Part shown: one piece after another, positions 13,706 through 27,600 of the stretch
Layout: each line of letters starts with the position of its first letter
How positions within the stretch are numbered: the stretch's first letter is position 1
NCBI GenBank assembly: GCA_028534125.1
Contig: CM052816.1
Coordinates: 34,784,001-34,848,000, forward strand
Direction: 5' to 3'
DNA from: Lama glama
Taxonomy: Eukaryota
DNA length: 64,000 nt
The notes under the pieces: model-generated
What the model saw: the letters and a program-made list of their open reading frames with translations, nothing else
The model's database searches: none
Told to the model about the DNA's origin: nothing
Made by a program: the position numbers and the translations under genes

Positions 13706-14787
13706 TTAAATTGGTCTTGATGAAGTTCATCAATCATTTATTGAAAATTAACTGAGAGCAAAATTGTTCTTTCTCTTCCTGTCCCCTCCAATTCTTTCTG
13801 TCACAGGATCAAGGAAAAACAATTAGCCCTCTATAGAGTCATAAAGAAAGATAAGTTAGGGAGCAATGTATTAAATTCTATTTAGCTCTCTTCCCCAAGT
13901 TCCGTAAGAATCCTCATTAGTCTTGTACCCTGATCAGTGGTTGGTTGCAAGGTGCATTTCAATGTTCCTTCAAATGCTGGATCATATTGTTGTCAATTCC
14001 TTGGACAGCACAGACAGTCCTTGCTCATGTCCACAATGCTTTCCTGGAAACCATGTCATAACAAAGATCACTTTGCCTCTTAAGACTAGTGTCGTAACTG
14101 AGGGTCACAAAAACAACTTAGACACAAAAACAAATAAACTGTAGCCATTTCCAGCTAATTTGCCATAAAAATAAAATTTCGACATTGAGATATATCTATA
14201 GTAATTTACACAGTAAAAATCGTACTACATGTACCTTGACTGCACAGTAGGAAAATGTACCTATAGCACATAAAGCAATCAAGTTCAGCTATAATACATT
14301 GACCATAAAAGAATCATCATTAATTTTCTGTTCTTTTTTAGAAAAAGTAGGATAACTTGTGGTTGCTGGCCCAGATCTTTTTGGAAGGAAATCCAAGGAA
14401 TCAGCAAATGTGTTTCTACTTTTCTTTGTAAGAATCCACATACAGTCATTGAAAATCACTCTACACAGTACAGGGGTGACTTTAGTAAATAATTTTAAGG
14501 ATGATTATAAGAAAAAAAATGACAATGACAATGTTGGAGACCTCTCTTGAAAGAATATTTTGCCTTCAACTTCTCCCAGTGTCTCAACTTATTTAAAGCT
14601 GCCTTTGTGGCTATTTGGAGACAGACCAACACATTGCTGCAAGGATCTTACATCATGTTTCTCTGATCCGTTGGCAGTACCAACATGATTTTCTCTGCAC
14701 AAGAAGATGTGGGTGGTCAAAAGCATGAGGAATGGATTTGAGAGACGTCTTGATAGTAGATTCAGCAGAACTTGGATAAAGACAGAA

Positions 14788-15240
14788 TATGGTAGATTAA
14801 AAATATCTTCAATGTCTTTGCTACTCCTTCCACCAAGAGACTCCTTCCTCTCCTTGAATCTCAACAGTCTTAGTGACTTGTTTGATCAATGTGGCAAAGA
14901 TGGCATTCTAAGACTCATGAGGCTAGGTCATAGAAAGTCTTGCAGCTACCTCCTGGGCCTCATGAAACTTTCCTTTCTGTTACTCAGCTTCTGTACTGTG
15001 ATGAAACCCAAGAAACCCTGCAGAGAGATCCACATATAGAGGAACAGAGACCCCCAAGGAACAGAGCCCAGCTAAGGTTTTAGCTACCAGCTAGCACTAT
15101 CTTGCTCAATGTGATTGAAGTATCTTGAGCCACACCAGCTGACACCATGTAGAGCAGAGAAAAACTGGCACTGCTGGGTCCTACCCAAATTGAAGATTTG
15201 GGAGCAATTAACAAAATACTAATAAATGGTTGTTGTTTTA
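14788..15240 (+). mobile_element. MaLR LTR (MLT1F/G/H-like)
   Basis: ggctaggtcatagaaagtcttgcagct...ccagctgacaccatgtagagcagag...cccaaattg...aataaatggttgttgtttta. Confidence 0.7.
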
Positions 15241-15244
15241 AAAA

Positions 15245-16625
15245 AATTTATAGAAGTATAGTTGATTTACAATATTGTGTTAGTTTCAGGTGTACAGAAA
15301 AATGATTCAGTTATACATGTATTTTTTCTAATTTTTTCCATTAGAGGTTGATATTGATGACAAGATAGTGAATATAGTTCCTTGTGCAATACAGTAAATT
15401 CTTACTGTTTACCTATTTTATAGATAACTGTGTGTATCTGCTAATCCCATACTCCCTCCCTGACTCTTTCCCCTTTGGCAACCATAAGTTTGTTATGAGT
15501 CTGTTTCTGTTTTGCAAATAAGTTTATTTGTATTATTTTTTAGATTCCACATATAAGTGATATCATATAACACTTGTCTTTCTCTATCTAGCTTACTTCA
15601 GTCAATGTGATATCTAGGTCCATCCATGTTGCTGCAAATAGCATTTGTTTACTCTTTTTAATGGCCAACTAATAGTCCATTGTATATCTATATATTCCAC
15701 ATCTTCTCTATCCATTCATCTGCTGATGGACTTAGGTTGCTTCCATATCTTGGTTATTGTAAATAGTGCTGCAGTGAACATTGGGGTACATATGCTTTTT
15801 CTAGTTAGAATTTTTATCTTTTCCAGATATATGCCCAGGAGTAGGATTCTGGATCACATGGTAACTCCATTTTTAGTTTTTTTAAGGAACCTCCATACTA
15901 TTTTCCATAGTAGCTACACCAATTTACATTCCCACCAACAGTGTAGGGAGTTTCCCTTTTCTCCACACCCTCTCCAGCATTTATTACCTATAGACTTTTG
16001 ATGATGGCCATTCTGACTGGTATGAGATGATATGTCATTGTAGTTTTGATTTGTATTTCTCTAATAATTAGCGGTGTTGAGCATCTTTTCATGTGCCCGT
16101 TGGCTATCTGTATGTCTTCTTTGGAGAAATGTCTGTTTAGGTCTTCTGCCTATTTTTTTGATTATTGTTGTTTGTTTTGATATTGAGATGCATGTATATT
16201 TTGAAAATTAACTCCTTGTTGGTCATATCATTTGCAAATATTTTCTCTCAGTCTGTAAATTTTCTTTTCGTTTTGTTTATTGTTTTCTTTGCTGTGCAAA
16301 AGCTTTTATGTTTGATTAGGCCCCATTTGTTTATTTTTTGCTTTTCTTTCGTTCTTTTCTTTTGGCCTTGAAAGACTGATCTAAGAAAATACTGCTACAA
16401 TTTATGGCAGAGAATGTTTTGCCTATGTTCTGTTCTAGGAGTTTTCTGGTATTATGTCTCACATTTAAGTCTTTAAACTACTTTCAGTTTATTTTTTTAA
16501 ATGGCATGAGGGAGTGTTCTGACCTCATTGATTTACATGCAGCTGTCCAGCTTTCGCAACACCCCTTGCCAAAGAGACTGTCTTTTCTCCCTGTATAGAC
16601 CTGCCTCCTTTGTCTAGGATTAGTT
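15245..16625 (-). mobile_element. 5'-truncated L1 (3' UTR + ORF2 end)
   Basis: Closely similar to the L1 copies at 922-2675 and 9435-10840. Confidence 0.9.
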
Positions 16626-18399
16626 AATCATCAGTCACCAAACTCCTTCTCTTCCCACAATTCCCACATTTATATTCAAAATCACTATATTCACTAAAAT
16701 ATTTTTGAGTGGCTACTACCATAAATGGTATTTGGTGTAGAATACATGTGGGTTCTCAAATTTATTTAGAGAGTACTGCCATTAAAGTTTTCCTGTGGAA
16801 GTCCAAGACCTAGGACTTATTTCTTCTTTCTTTATCAACTCAATTTCATGGTTTTATAATTTATGTAAGACTGTTTAAAATACCAGAATTTGAGGACTGT
16901 AAGAGCAAATGTTGGATCACAGAATTTCAGGACAGGATTGATTCATTCATCCCCTGGGACTGTGTGTCAAGCACTGAGTTTCACATTGAGGATGTATCAT
17001 TAATGACATGCAGACAGCCTTGACCTTGATGAGCCCATGGTGACACCTCTCCTTTAAAGTGCAATGAAACAAAATGCAATAATGTTATTAGGGTGGGGAG
17101 AATGTATTAAAGAGAACAAATGACATTAATCATTTGGAATCCCCTGAATTGCTAGGTCTGGATATTGTTGAACTACTGAATTCAACACCAGATTATCTTA
17201 GGGCAGGTAAAAATACTGATCTTGCCCAAGACTGGCACTTAGGCTCAAAATAAATGTCAAAGTATTGTTCTGTTATGAATTCCCAGATGGAAATGGAAGC
17301 TCACTGATGCAATTTAAATTCCATCAAAGGATTAAAAAGGAGAAGAAATGTAAGAGAAGTTTTGGACATGGTTGTGTACCCTTAGATGTGGTTAATACAT
17401 CTTAATTCTGCTTGCAAACACTCTTGATATTGAATAACAAGGAGAAATTGAGATGTGGTGTTGTGAAGCCTGCTTTGCCAGAAGAAGCTGTTTAATCCGT
17501 GACTTTTGACATGGACTTTCTTATCTAATACTTCTTTTTGAAACCTTTCTCTGCTATACCCCGACAGAACTGTATATCATCCTATTTATTCCTCCTGCTC
17601 TATGCTTCCAATTCATATATCTCCTTCAAGTTAAGGAAATAGGCTACCCCTAGAGTTAAAATATTACTGACAACTCCAAAGTGAAGACAGTTCTAATGGG
17701 AAAAACCTTGGCACTATTGCAGGGGGCTTCCAGCACGACTGTTTCTGGCTATCAGTTAGGAACTGGCAGATGTTAAATGGACATATGTTAGGAAGTAGCT
17801 TTCAGAGACTCATGTTTCAAAATGTATAAAAGAAAAACAGATGATACCACTTTTTTTTTTGGCTTAAACTGGATAACTAGAAAATTATGCCAGATGTGTC
17901 CAGATGCTTCTCTGTTTCCTGAGAAAGAATGAACAAAAGCAGAAGTGAGATACGTGCTCCTCAGAGTGTGCTTTGGTCTTTCATAAATTTTACATTTCTA
18001 TTATGATTAAACTATTTGACCAAAATCAGTGGGGCAAAAAACAATCAATTGAGTATTTTTATAATTAGTGTAAAATTTATAAACTAATGAATAACCCAAT
18101 TCTTCATAAGAAGTGGTTAGTGGGAAATCTAAATAGAATCCTGAGGGAAAACACATCACGGAGAAGCCTAAAATGTGAAGAACAGCTGAATAAGATAGCT
18201 TATTCAACTCAATAAGAATTGAAATGTTAATCTCACTTCCTTGACATTTTTATCTTAAATGATTCATTCTCACATAGGTACTGTATTAACCCAGGAAAAC
18301 ATACTTAGGTAGTTGGCATTTTCACTGTACAGATTATAGTTTGACAAGGACATGTATTGTTTTTGCCTGTTTTGCTGTTCCTCTCCTTCAGGTGACAGC

Positions 18400-18760
18400 A
18401 TATCTAATACATATTTGAGGAAGCACCCCTTTTCCACACCCTATGTAGCTGTTCTCCACAACTGGGCTGGATGGTCTCCACGGGTGAGTAGTGATCTGAG
18501 ATTAGCCAATTAGGGGATTCTAATCTCATGGCTTCGGTGACTGATTCAACATTGGGCACAGGGCTCAAGGTAGGCAGTGAGTCCAGGGAGACACATTCTT
18601 GGAACTTTTGATAGGGTCATTAAAAAAAAAATGGGACTTCTCTTCCTGTTGGAATTAAACTTATTGGATGTAATCTTTGAGCTCCCAGAAGACATTTTGC
18701 CACCATAAAAGAAGGGTCTATTCAAGAATTAAGCCAACATAGAGGAAAGTAAGGGGGTGG
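18400..18760. mobile_element. Old ERVL/MaLR LTR fragment (LTR16/MLT1J-like)
   Basis: Degenerate motifs (ttgccaccata...gaattaagccaacatagaggaaag). Confidence 0.45.
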
Positions 18761-18779
18761 GAGAGGGGTAGACATACAG

Positions 18780-19091
18780 TTAGCTTCTTCCACCTGATGG
18801 AAGTATCCACAAAACAGCTCAAAGGACATGGCTCAGAATTATTATTATCTCTATTATCTATAGCCCTTGAGGAGGAACAAAAGGTCTTTGACTTTGTTTA
18901 ATGGCTAAAGTATTATTATTTTGTCTTGCTTGACTGTTTTCTGTTCTTTCCGCATTTTCTCACTTCTCTGAGCAAAGTTAGTCTTTGGAACTCAAGGAAG
19001 GCCTAAAAGGCTAAAGTCTACAGACAAGAGGCAGGCAGAGGACATGGGGTATCTGTCCATGGAAGGCCCAGTGTGCTCTTGTTCGGTTGCA
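18780..19091 (-). mobile_element. Partial ERV1-class LTR
   Basis: Ends ...gttcggttgca (reverse complement TGCAACCGAAC, like the LTR start at 1737). The internal text atctatagcccttgaggaggaac...gactttg is typical of artiodactyl ERV1 LTRs. Confidence 0.7.
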
Positions 19092-22000
19092 GTTAGGAAC
19101 TGTGAAATTTTCTATTCTATGTCATTCTACACTCTATTTCTTTCTTTCTTTTTTCTTTTCTTTTTTTGAATGCTATTTGAATCCACTAAATTGATTTCAT
19201 GGCCCATTTTCAAATTAGCAGTTTGAAAAACACTGACCTAAAGAGCTGTTGGGAAGTACCAGCAGATGTCACTGTAGGTGACCACACCAATGTGACCTGC
19301 CAGGAACCACAGCATCTGCTTTAGTGTGTTTATTTTAATTTATTTATTTTTGTATAAGCGATGTAGACATGACTTTCTACATTTCAAAAATGTAAAAGGG
19401 CATACAGTCAAAATTCAAAGATATCTTCTACATAAACAAGTATACACACATTCTTTTTTCCTTGTTTTACATAAAGAATAGCATAGTTACAACATTGTTC
19501 TATAGCTTTCTTATCTTCCATTAGCATATCTTAATGATTATTCCGCCAATACCAAAAAAGAAAGCATCCCCATTCTGTTCATGGCCACATAATATTTCAC
19601 TGTACCTTATGCCATTATTTATTGAACCAGGCACCTACTGACTACACATTCAGGTTGTTTCCAATGCTTTGTTTTTGCAGTACAGGTAAATAATAAAAAT
19701 ATTTGCTGAACTGACAGCTTAGGTATATATAACCCAAATGATCTCTAGAATGTTTATGAAAATAATGAATGTGTCTAGTAAAGGTAAAGTGTTATTAATT
19801 ACTAATCTCACTTTACCTGGGAGTTATATGTATATAATTACATATACATATATACATTAAAAAAAAATAAATGACTGGAACATCTTCTATAGGGACCACA
19901 ACTTTGGACCACCAAGTAGAAGGTCCATGACTAGTTCTTTAAGCCTTAAGTTTCAGGATACTTACGGATTTCTCCCAAATCTCTCTTACCACATTACCCA
20001 TCTTGACTCCAGTGGCTATGCTGGCCACTGGAAGCCTTAATCCAGTTTGGTCTCTTAAATGGTACTGGCGCCACAGTGTTCCATGTATGGCTGTCTCTTG
20101 ACTCCTCTGACCACTGGGTTTAATGACTTCTGTGGCTTGTGTTTCAGTACACTGCAAAAATATGTGTCTTCTGTCTCACGTTTTGAGACTAGGAACAAGA
20201 GCCTACAGAATAAAACAACTTTCTCTGAGTTCTTTTCCTTTTTCTTGCAAAAATTCCTTTTAGCTCCCTGGTCCACAGTTATGACTTTGCAACTAAGGCT
20301 GTTGGCAGGAATTAACCAAAAAAAATTATCTTTTGGCTATTTCTAAGTCAATGGGAGCTAAAAGCTCAAAATGTGTTTTTTCTCATGTTTCTCACTCATA
20401 GTTAGCTTTCACCATCAATGTTGTTAATAGTAATGTGTGATAAGAAATCTCTTTTGTGAAATTTATTTAAAGCTTTATTTTCTTCATTCTTTGTCTATCT
20501 ATTTATTTATTATTTTAGCCAAAGTAAGTTTGCATCACTTCCAACTGTAAAGTTGCTTTTCAGGATCTCACCTGTTACTTACTTGAGACTATAAAGGGTC
20601 CAGGAGCCAAGCTGGAACTCATAAATATTGTACCAATGCTCAGACCTGCCAGGCCAGCTACCATATATAACCCTTATGTTGTACTCAGTAGGTCAACCCA
20701 CAGACCTCAAATGACAGCTGTGTGGTACTTTCCAAGTGCCCTTTGTGCCAAGGAAAAGTCTAGGTAGTTAGATATATAGCCATTGTTCCCTTTTGTACCC
20801 AGGATGTCTTCACATTAATAAAGCAAACCAACAGTAAATATTTCAACCTTCTCTAACTACACTTTAAAGTTTGGAAGGGAAACTTTTGTTTTTTAAAAAA
20901 AATTCATTCTGGTGAAATTCAAAATAGCCTGAAACTATAAAATTTGGGGAAATTTTGTTTCTTATTTTAAATTTAAAATGCTCCCAGACAAGAGAGAATT
21001 TTAAGTTACGAAAATACCTCATTTATCTCTGTGACATTTATAGAATATTTTTATTAGATATAATTTCATTTTTGTTAATGTAGGTTCTTAACTCCATCAA
21101 ATGCTTAATGCGGTAAAACTTTTAAGGCCGTATTTATTATCAGAGGCATGCAAACCATTTTTGATGGTAGTATTTTTAAAAGCTACATGAAAGTCAGGAT
21201 GGGAGACTATCTCTGCTTGGCAGTATTAAAAATTGATATATTCTTACATCTGCAGTCCCTCCTCACTTGCAATATCCAATCAAAATAAAACAAATTATGA
21301 CATTAAATCTTGAAGGCAGTAATACACCAAGGATGTTCACAAATCCCATGATTGTATGTTGTATGTGGGTACGTGGTCAGTTGAAACATTTCCACCATAA
21401 ACAGAAGGAATCAGAGATGAGAAACAGCTCTCATTTGGTTTCAATCATAAAGGTTCTACTTTTCCAAAAATACCTGCTACTAGAAAAAGTACGTTCAAAG
21501 GGTCTACACTTAAAACTGTAGCAAAGGCAGTACTTTGTGTTCACTTGGTCTGTTTCATTTTTTTCTCCTGAACACAAGGAAAAATAGCATCTTACAACTT
21601 TCCTCATAGCTGGTTGCAGCCATGCAGCTAATTGGCCACTGGTCTGTAAATGGAGTGAAAGGTGCCTCTACCACAACAATTAAGGCTACCTGTTGAGATG
21701 GCACAACTGCAAGGTGGAAGCTGCCTGCATCCCTGGGTCCTATATTGTGGACAGTACCATTCATGCATTAGCATTTTACAAGCAGGAAATAAACCTTGGT
21801 TGTGTTAAGTCATAAAGATTTCAGGATTAGTTACTGCAGGATAGCCTAGCCTGTCTGAAGTGTCCTGATTAAGGAAAGAAATTTTCAATATAAATAGTGG
21901 AAAAAATTATTTGATTGGGAATTTATCTTAAAAAGAAAAATTATGGAAATCAGTTTATTTTCTCTTATCATTAATAAAATGTAGATTATAACTTTATAAT

Positions 22001-22312
22001 TGTGCTTGAAATAGAGCATGAATCAAATGTTGAGCTTTTGACATTTTTTCCCTTTAAGGACTCATACATGCCTACTGGGCTTCACAAAACTACTCTAAAA
22101 ATGGAGTATGCACATTTACCACCCTTTGAAATTACTAAATTGAAATAGAATACACATCCTAAGGATTTCTCTTGGGTGAAAGTGTGAAATTTAACCATTG
22201 AAAGACAGTTATAATTTTTTAAAGTTAAAAACTATTCAGTTCTTGGAAAATTCTTTCAGAAGTTTTAGAAAAGATGGTATATAAAAAATATGTTACATAC
22301 TTCTTTTTTAAA

Positions 22313-22418
22313 AACATTTTTTATTGATTTATAATCATTTTACAATGTTGTGTCAAATTCCAGTGTAGAGCACAATTTTTCAGTTATACATGAACATATA
22401 TATATATTCATTGTCACA
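22313..22418 (-). mobile_element. Young camelid-type L1 3'-end fragment
   Basis: aacattttttattgatttataatcattttacaatgttgtgtcaaattccagtgtagagcac, near-identical to the copies at 24038, 30340 and 57781. Confidence 0.85.
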
Positions 22419-24234
22419 ATCATTTTTACTGAACTTCAGGGAATTTCTTAACTCTGGATTTTAATTAAAAAATAAAAATAAATTAGAAGTTATATCAGGC
22501 TGCTCAGGTAAAATCAATCTCTTGTTTAGCTACATATAAGCCTAGAAAGGAGGACCTAATAGGTTAGGTGTCATCCCAAGACCCCACCCAGTGTGTTTGA
22601 TACAGAAAGAGAAAGCAACTACAACAAATGGCATAGAAACATTTTGAAAGCTTTAATACACAAAAATTATCGTTTGTAACCAATACATTTTTAAAAAGTA
22701 TCTCTATGGGCAGCACTGAGAACCTATAATGATAGAATATACCACATACAGAACAAGGAAAAAAAAACTTATATCATGGGATATTTTGGACACTAATAAT
22801 CTGGCAAATATTCCTTGGAAAGTGGATAATCCTATCATTTTCATTACTTCATTTCCCCAAATGGAAAGATATCTTTTCTAACATTCTTCATTTTTAGATA
22901 AACATAAAGATTTGATCTCTCACTAGGTATGCATAAATCTTGTATTTCTGGTGCACTGTGCCTACTTTAAAATAAAAGGCTTCCAGAAATTTTGTGGAAT
23001 CAAGAAAATGCCTTGTACAATTTTAGTATGTTTTGATTCCCAATCTAAATGGGTGGGAAAATATCCTCTGTTTGCAATGCAGTATAGTTAAAAATGCAAT
23101 AATGATTTTTATCAAGGATTTATTGCACAAATTTCATGCATGTGTTGATTAGATCATTTGACCAGTAAACTCATTTTTAATCTCATATAAAAATTTTGGA
23201 GGTTTGTATATTTTGCTAATTTGATATGAACATTAATGAGTTATAATTAGTCTAATTAGTATTAATTTAATTTATTGAATATGTATTATATTAACAGAAT
23301 TCAAAACTCAGTAAGTTTAGAAGGTAGACAAAAGTCAGCCTTCCATCCATATTCCTCATCTGCTCAGAGCCTACTCTCCTCTATAGGTAACCATGGTTCT
23401 TAGATTTTTATGAATCATTCCAGTGTTACTCTATGGGCATCTTAGCAGATACAAATATAAATCAACGATGGTTTTCACCTCTAAGCTTACTTGTCTTCTC
23501 TGGAAACAGTGGTCCCTTGGCTTCTCTCTTGGTTTTTCTTCTATCTCTCTAGCTACCCCTTCTTCATCTCCCCTGCAGGCAGGGCTTCCTCTGTGTGTTC
23601 ATTACAAACCAATTCTACTGTTTTCACATGACATGTTCCTTTATTTGTTTGTTTGTTCATTTTTTTTAACTTAAGTATAGTCAATTTACAATGTTGTGTT
23701 AGTTTCTGGTGAACAGCATAGTGATTCAGTTATATATATATATATGCATATTCCATTTCATATCCTTTTTCATTATACACTATTGCAAGGTATTGAATAT
23801 AGTTCTCTGTGCTATACAGTAGGATCTTGTTGTTTATTTAATTTATATATAGTAGTTAGTATCTGAAAATCCTAAATTCTCAATTTATCCCTCCACCTTT
23901 CCCCTCTGGTAACCATAAGCTTGTTTTCTTTTTTTTTTTTTTTTCTCTAGAAAATACTCAAATATTTGGAAACAAAATAACATACTTTTAAATAACTCAT
24001 GAGTCAATGATGGATTCAAAAGGGAATTTAGAAAGCATTTTTTAACATTTTTTATTGATTTATAATCATTTTACAATGTTGTGTCAAATTCCAGTGTTCA
24101 GCACAATTTTTCAGTCATTCATGGACATATACACACTCATTGTCACATTTTTTTCTCTGTGATTTATCATAACATTTTGTGTATATTTCCCTGTGCTATA
24201 CAGTGTAATCTTGTTTATCTATTCTACAATTTTG

Positions 24235-24334
24235 NNNNNNNNNNNNNNNNNNNNNNNNNNNNNNNNNNNNNNNNNNNNNNNNNNNNNNNNNNNNNNNNNN
24301 NNNNNNNNNNNNNNNNNNNNNNNNNNNNNNNNNN
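24235..24334. other. Assembly gap (100 N)
   Basis: Run of N. Confidence 1.
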
Positions 24335-24543
24335 AAGCTTGTTTCCTATGTCTGTGAGTCTGTTTATGTTTTGTAAATAAGTTCATTTGTGTCATTTTTT
24401 AAGATTTCACATATAAATGATAGCATATGATATTTGTCTTTCTCTTTCTGGCTTCACTTAGTATGACAGTCTCCAGGTCCATCCATGTTGCTGTAAATGG
24501 CATTATTTTATTCTTTCTTAGAGCTGAGTAATATTCCATTGTT

Positions 24544-24547
<4 letters not shown>

Positions 24548-24596
<49 letters not shown>

Positions 24597-24612
24597 GTGT
24601 ATATATATACAC
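24548..24612. repeat. (TG)~20 compound microsatellite
   Basis: Direct reading. Confidence 0.95.
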
Positions 24613-27600
24613 ATACTAAAACTTCTTTATGCCAGTCATCTGTCAATGGACATTTAGGTTGCTTCCACAACATGTTCTTCCTCAGTGACGATCATCTATT
24701 CTCATCAGGGAATAAATTAAAGAATTGGCATCAAAGTAATCTGTGGACTAAGATCTTTCTCAAAGTGATGAGTCTGCAGGATAAAGAGGGGTTAGTTAGA
24801 AAAGAAAGAGGGTAAGGATATTTCTAAATGGAAGAAAGAGTGTATATATAGAAAGACACACAGATAAAAGAGGGACAAAATTTGCAAACAGTCATCAGCT
24901 CAAAGTTTAACTTAATAAATACTTGCTGTGAATATTGAATGAAAGGACAAATATTATATAAGGAATTTTTACCAGAAAAAAAGTAATTATTTTGCTCAAT
25001 CAGCCATGCAAATTACGTAAACTGAATGAAATTAAATTAAGCCTAAAAAAACCTGGCTATGTTAGTGATCTGAATGAATAAAAGTCAAACTACCAAAATC
25101 TCTAACCAGTAAACTTAGTGTCTTAATCTGCTGGTCATTGTCAACACAGCACCCTGCTTGATACATGGGGAGGCTGTCTGGACAGCTCTGCAGATTGACA
25201 TGTGCGAACCTCTCTCCAGATACTATAAAAAATTTTGGAGGAGAACCTTAAAGTATACTTCACCACAGGGTGGAAGACCTTCATTTTTAATTGTAGCATT
25301 TTTTAAGTCTATCAATGGTAAGGACAGGTCAAAATCCAGTGGCTTTCAAATGTTAACACCCCAGTGACACACTGAGTGGTATGAAAAGTATTTCTTCCCT
25401 TGGGGGATACAATTTTTAAAATAAACACTTTCATTTTCTTAGACTGCTCATTTTCTCAGTTGGGAGAATAGAATGTCTCCCAAAATTACAATTCGTGTCC
25501 AAAAGCCAGCATGAAAAGAAGCCACTCTCAGCATATTTAGCTGAAGAACATCTCTGCCTCTATGAGGACAGTATTTTGACTATGAAGGTCATGAGATTTT
25601 TGCCTTTAACAGAATACTTCCAGTTGTTTAATCTTTACGTTCTTCTGAACTGATTGTTTCCATGTCTGTAAGATTCCTGTAGCTGCATCAACAGTGACTA
25701 GAAGGCTGAGGAACAGTTCCCCATGCAGAGCCAGAACTGCGACCAAGTTCTGTCACTTCATTTCTCTGGATCTCATTGTCCTCATCTGTGCTAATGTCAT
25801 AGGACTGATAAGAGAATCATATAAAATAAAATAGCTTTTTGAAATCATAGAATGCTATCATTAAAATTGTTGTAGAAGTCTCCTAAACTTGAAATTACCT
25901 CCTGTTTGAGTTAAATTCATTTTTATTGCAATGAGAAAGAATTAACAGGATACCAACAGATAGAGCATTTCATAGTCCCTTCATTCAATATGAATTCCCA
26001 ATTAATAGTTGGCTGCTTCCATTTCTTTGCCTAACGATGAGAATCTTCATCTGTCTGAGCTGTCCTGAGCCCCGGGATTGAGGTCTCTTAGTTGGCGACT
26101 GGGGAGCATATGACAGAAATTTTTTTCTGTAGTTCTAAATCCAAGTCTCTATGGGAATTCCCTGAATAAAGGGTATATTCTGATCCTTTTTAAAATTTAT
26201 TTTCCACATAGTAAAACTGTGACCTCAATGAGAAACTCAGTTATAGATTCATTGCAGGAGATGCACAGATATTACTCACATACTGCATTCCAAAAATACA
26301 CTCTCTTTTTCAGAAAAGGGCCCTGTGACTTGGCATACTTTGCCGAAAAACAATGGTTATGAGCTAGTAATTCCCCGTGTTCCCATCAGAAAAAAATCAT
26401 TGCATGGAAATGCCAGGGGTCTCTATCCCATTTGGAAATTTTTAGGATGCTCTCTCATAGCAAGCAGTGTGTTATGACTGGAAAAGGACTGCCCCAAAGT
26501 AAGGAGAGCCAGAGTCTAGTCTGGTCATCCTGCTTTATACTGTGTAAACCTGACAAGTCACAACCTTTGTTGTATCTGTTTCTTGACTAGCAAAACAAGT
26601 CTATATGATCTCCGAGACCCCTTACAGTCTAAGACACCATGATTTTCCTTGAGACATCTGTCTTTAAATATACAAATCATGATGTAGTGTAATTGGAGGG
26701 GAGAACAAAAAAGAGTTTGAATCTCTCAGTCTGTCTGTTTCAATGACTTAAATAAAACCCTACAATTTTTAATTAGAAAGGCAAAATCTTTTATGGTGCT
26801 ATTAAAGGACCAGTCACAATTTTCTCTTCTTCATGTAAATATAGAAGGATGCTATCTGCATATAGGCTAATTTTGTCCACCACTGAACCAGAACAGATCC
26901 AATGACTAGGCCTGAACATCTATCTCAGTGAGATTGCAAAGGGCATTGATGAGAGAGATGAGAGGAGGTAAGGTCTCTGTATCAAACAAATTATTTATTT
27001 GTATCTAAAAGCCGTGGTGTCTATTCAAATGCCATGTTTTTGAAGAGGACAAATATTCCTTGGCTAGTTTAAAAGCTATGAAGGAATTTTGGTGTTTCTA
27101 TTCAATAGAATAAAAGGCAAGAACTAAGAATTCTAAGTTCAGTTCAGGATTGAAATGCCCCTGAGTGTCAGCATACTGCTAGATATATACTAAATGCATA
27201 ATTTCCCAGATATCGCTGACGGTGCCTCTCAGCTTACTGATAACTTTGAAAATTAATTTGATCCAGCAACAAAAGTTGTCAACATGTTATTTTAAGTTAG
27301 TGAGATCAAGGTTTAAGTATAGGGGAAGTCATCTGAGAAATGCTGAACTTAACAACAATAACATAAAGCCTTGATTTTTATCCATACAAAGGTAATCTTA
27401 ATAAATTCTAATAAACAAAAAATAAAAATTGAAAAATTAAAGTCACCTGGAAGTCCACCAGCCCATTAATATTTTCATGTGTTTTCCTACGTATTTTTTT
27501 CTTATACAGGTAGGGTTGCTTGTTTTTTAAAAAAAGTGGGACCATAGTACACATACTGCTTTTTAATATGCTTTTGTCACCAAGCTATTGAACATCTTCA

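Larger units (their letters stand above)
23660..24670 (-). mobile_element. L1 3' end containing a nested younger L1 insertion and an assembly gap
   Basis: The host L1 3' UTR breaks at aagcttgtttt (23917) and resumes at aagcttgttt (24335). A young L1 3' end lies at 24038-24234. Confidence 0.85.

Noticed and set aside
11819..13755. Group of 60-128 aa ORFs
   Set aside because: They lie in L1 ORF1/5' UTR sequence and have no splice structure or recognisable domain
20008..20032. Hairpin TCCAGTGGC-N7-GCCACTGGA
   Set aside because: A 9-bp stem is compatible with chance in 64 kb, is too short for a pre-miRNA, and has no ncRNA hallmarks
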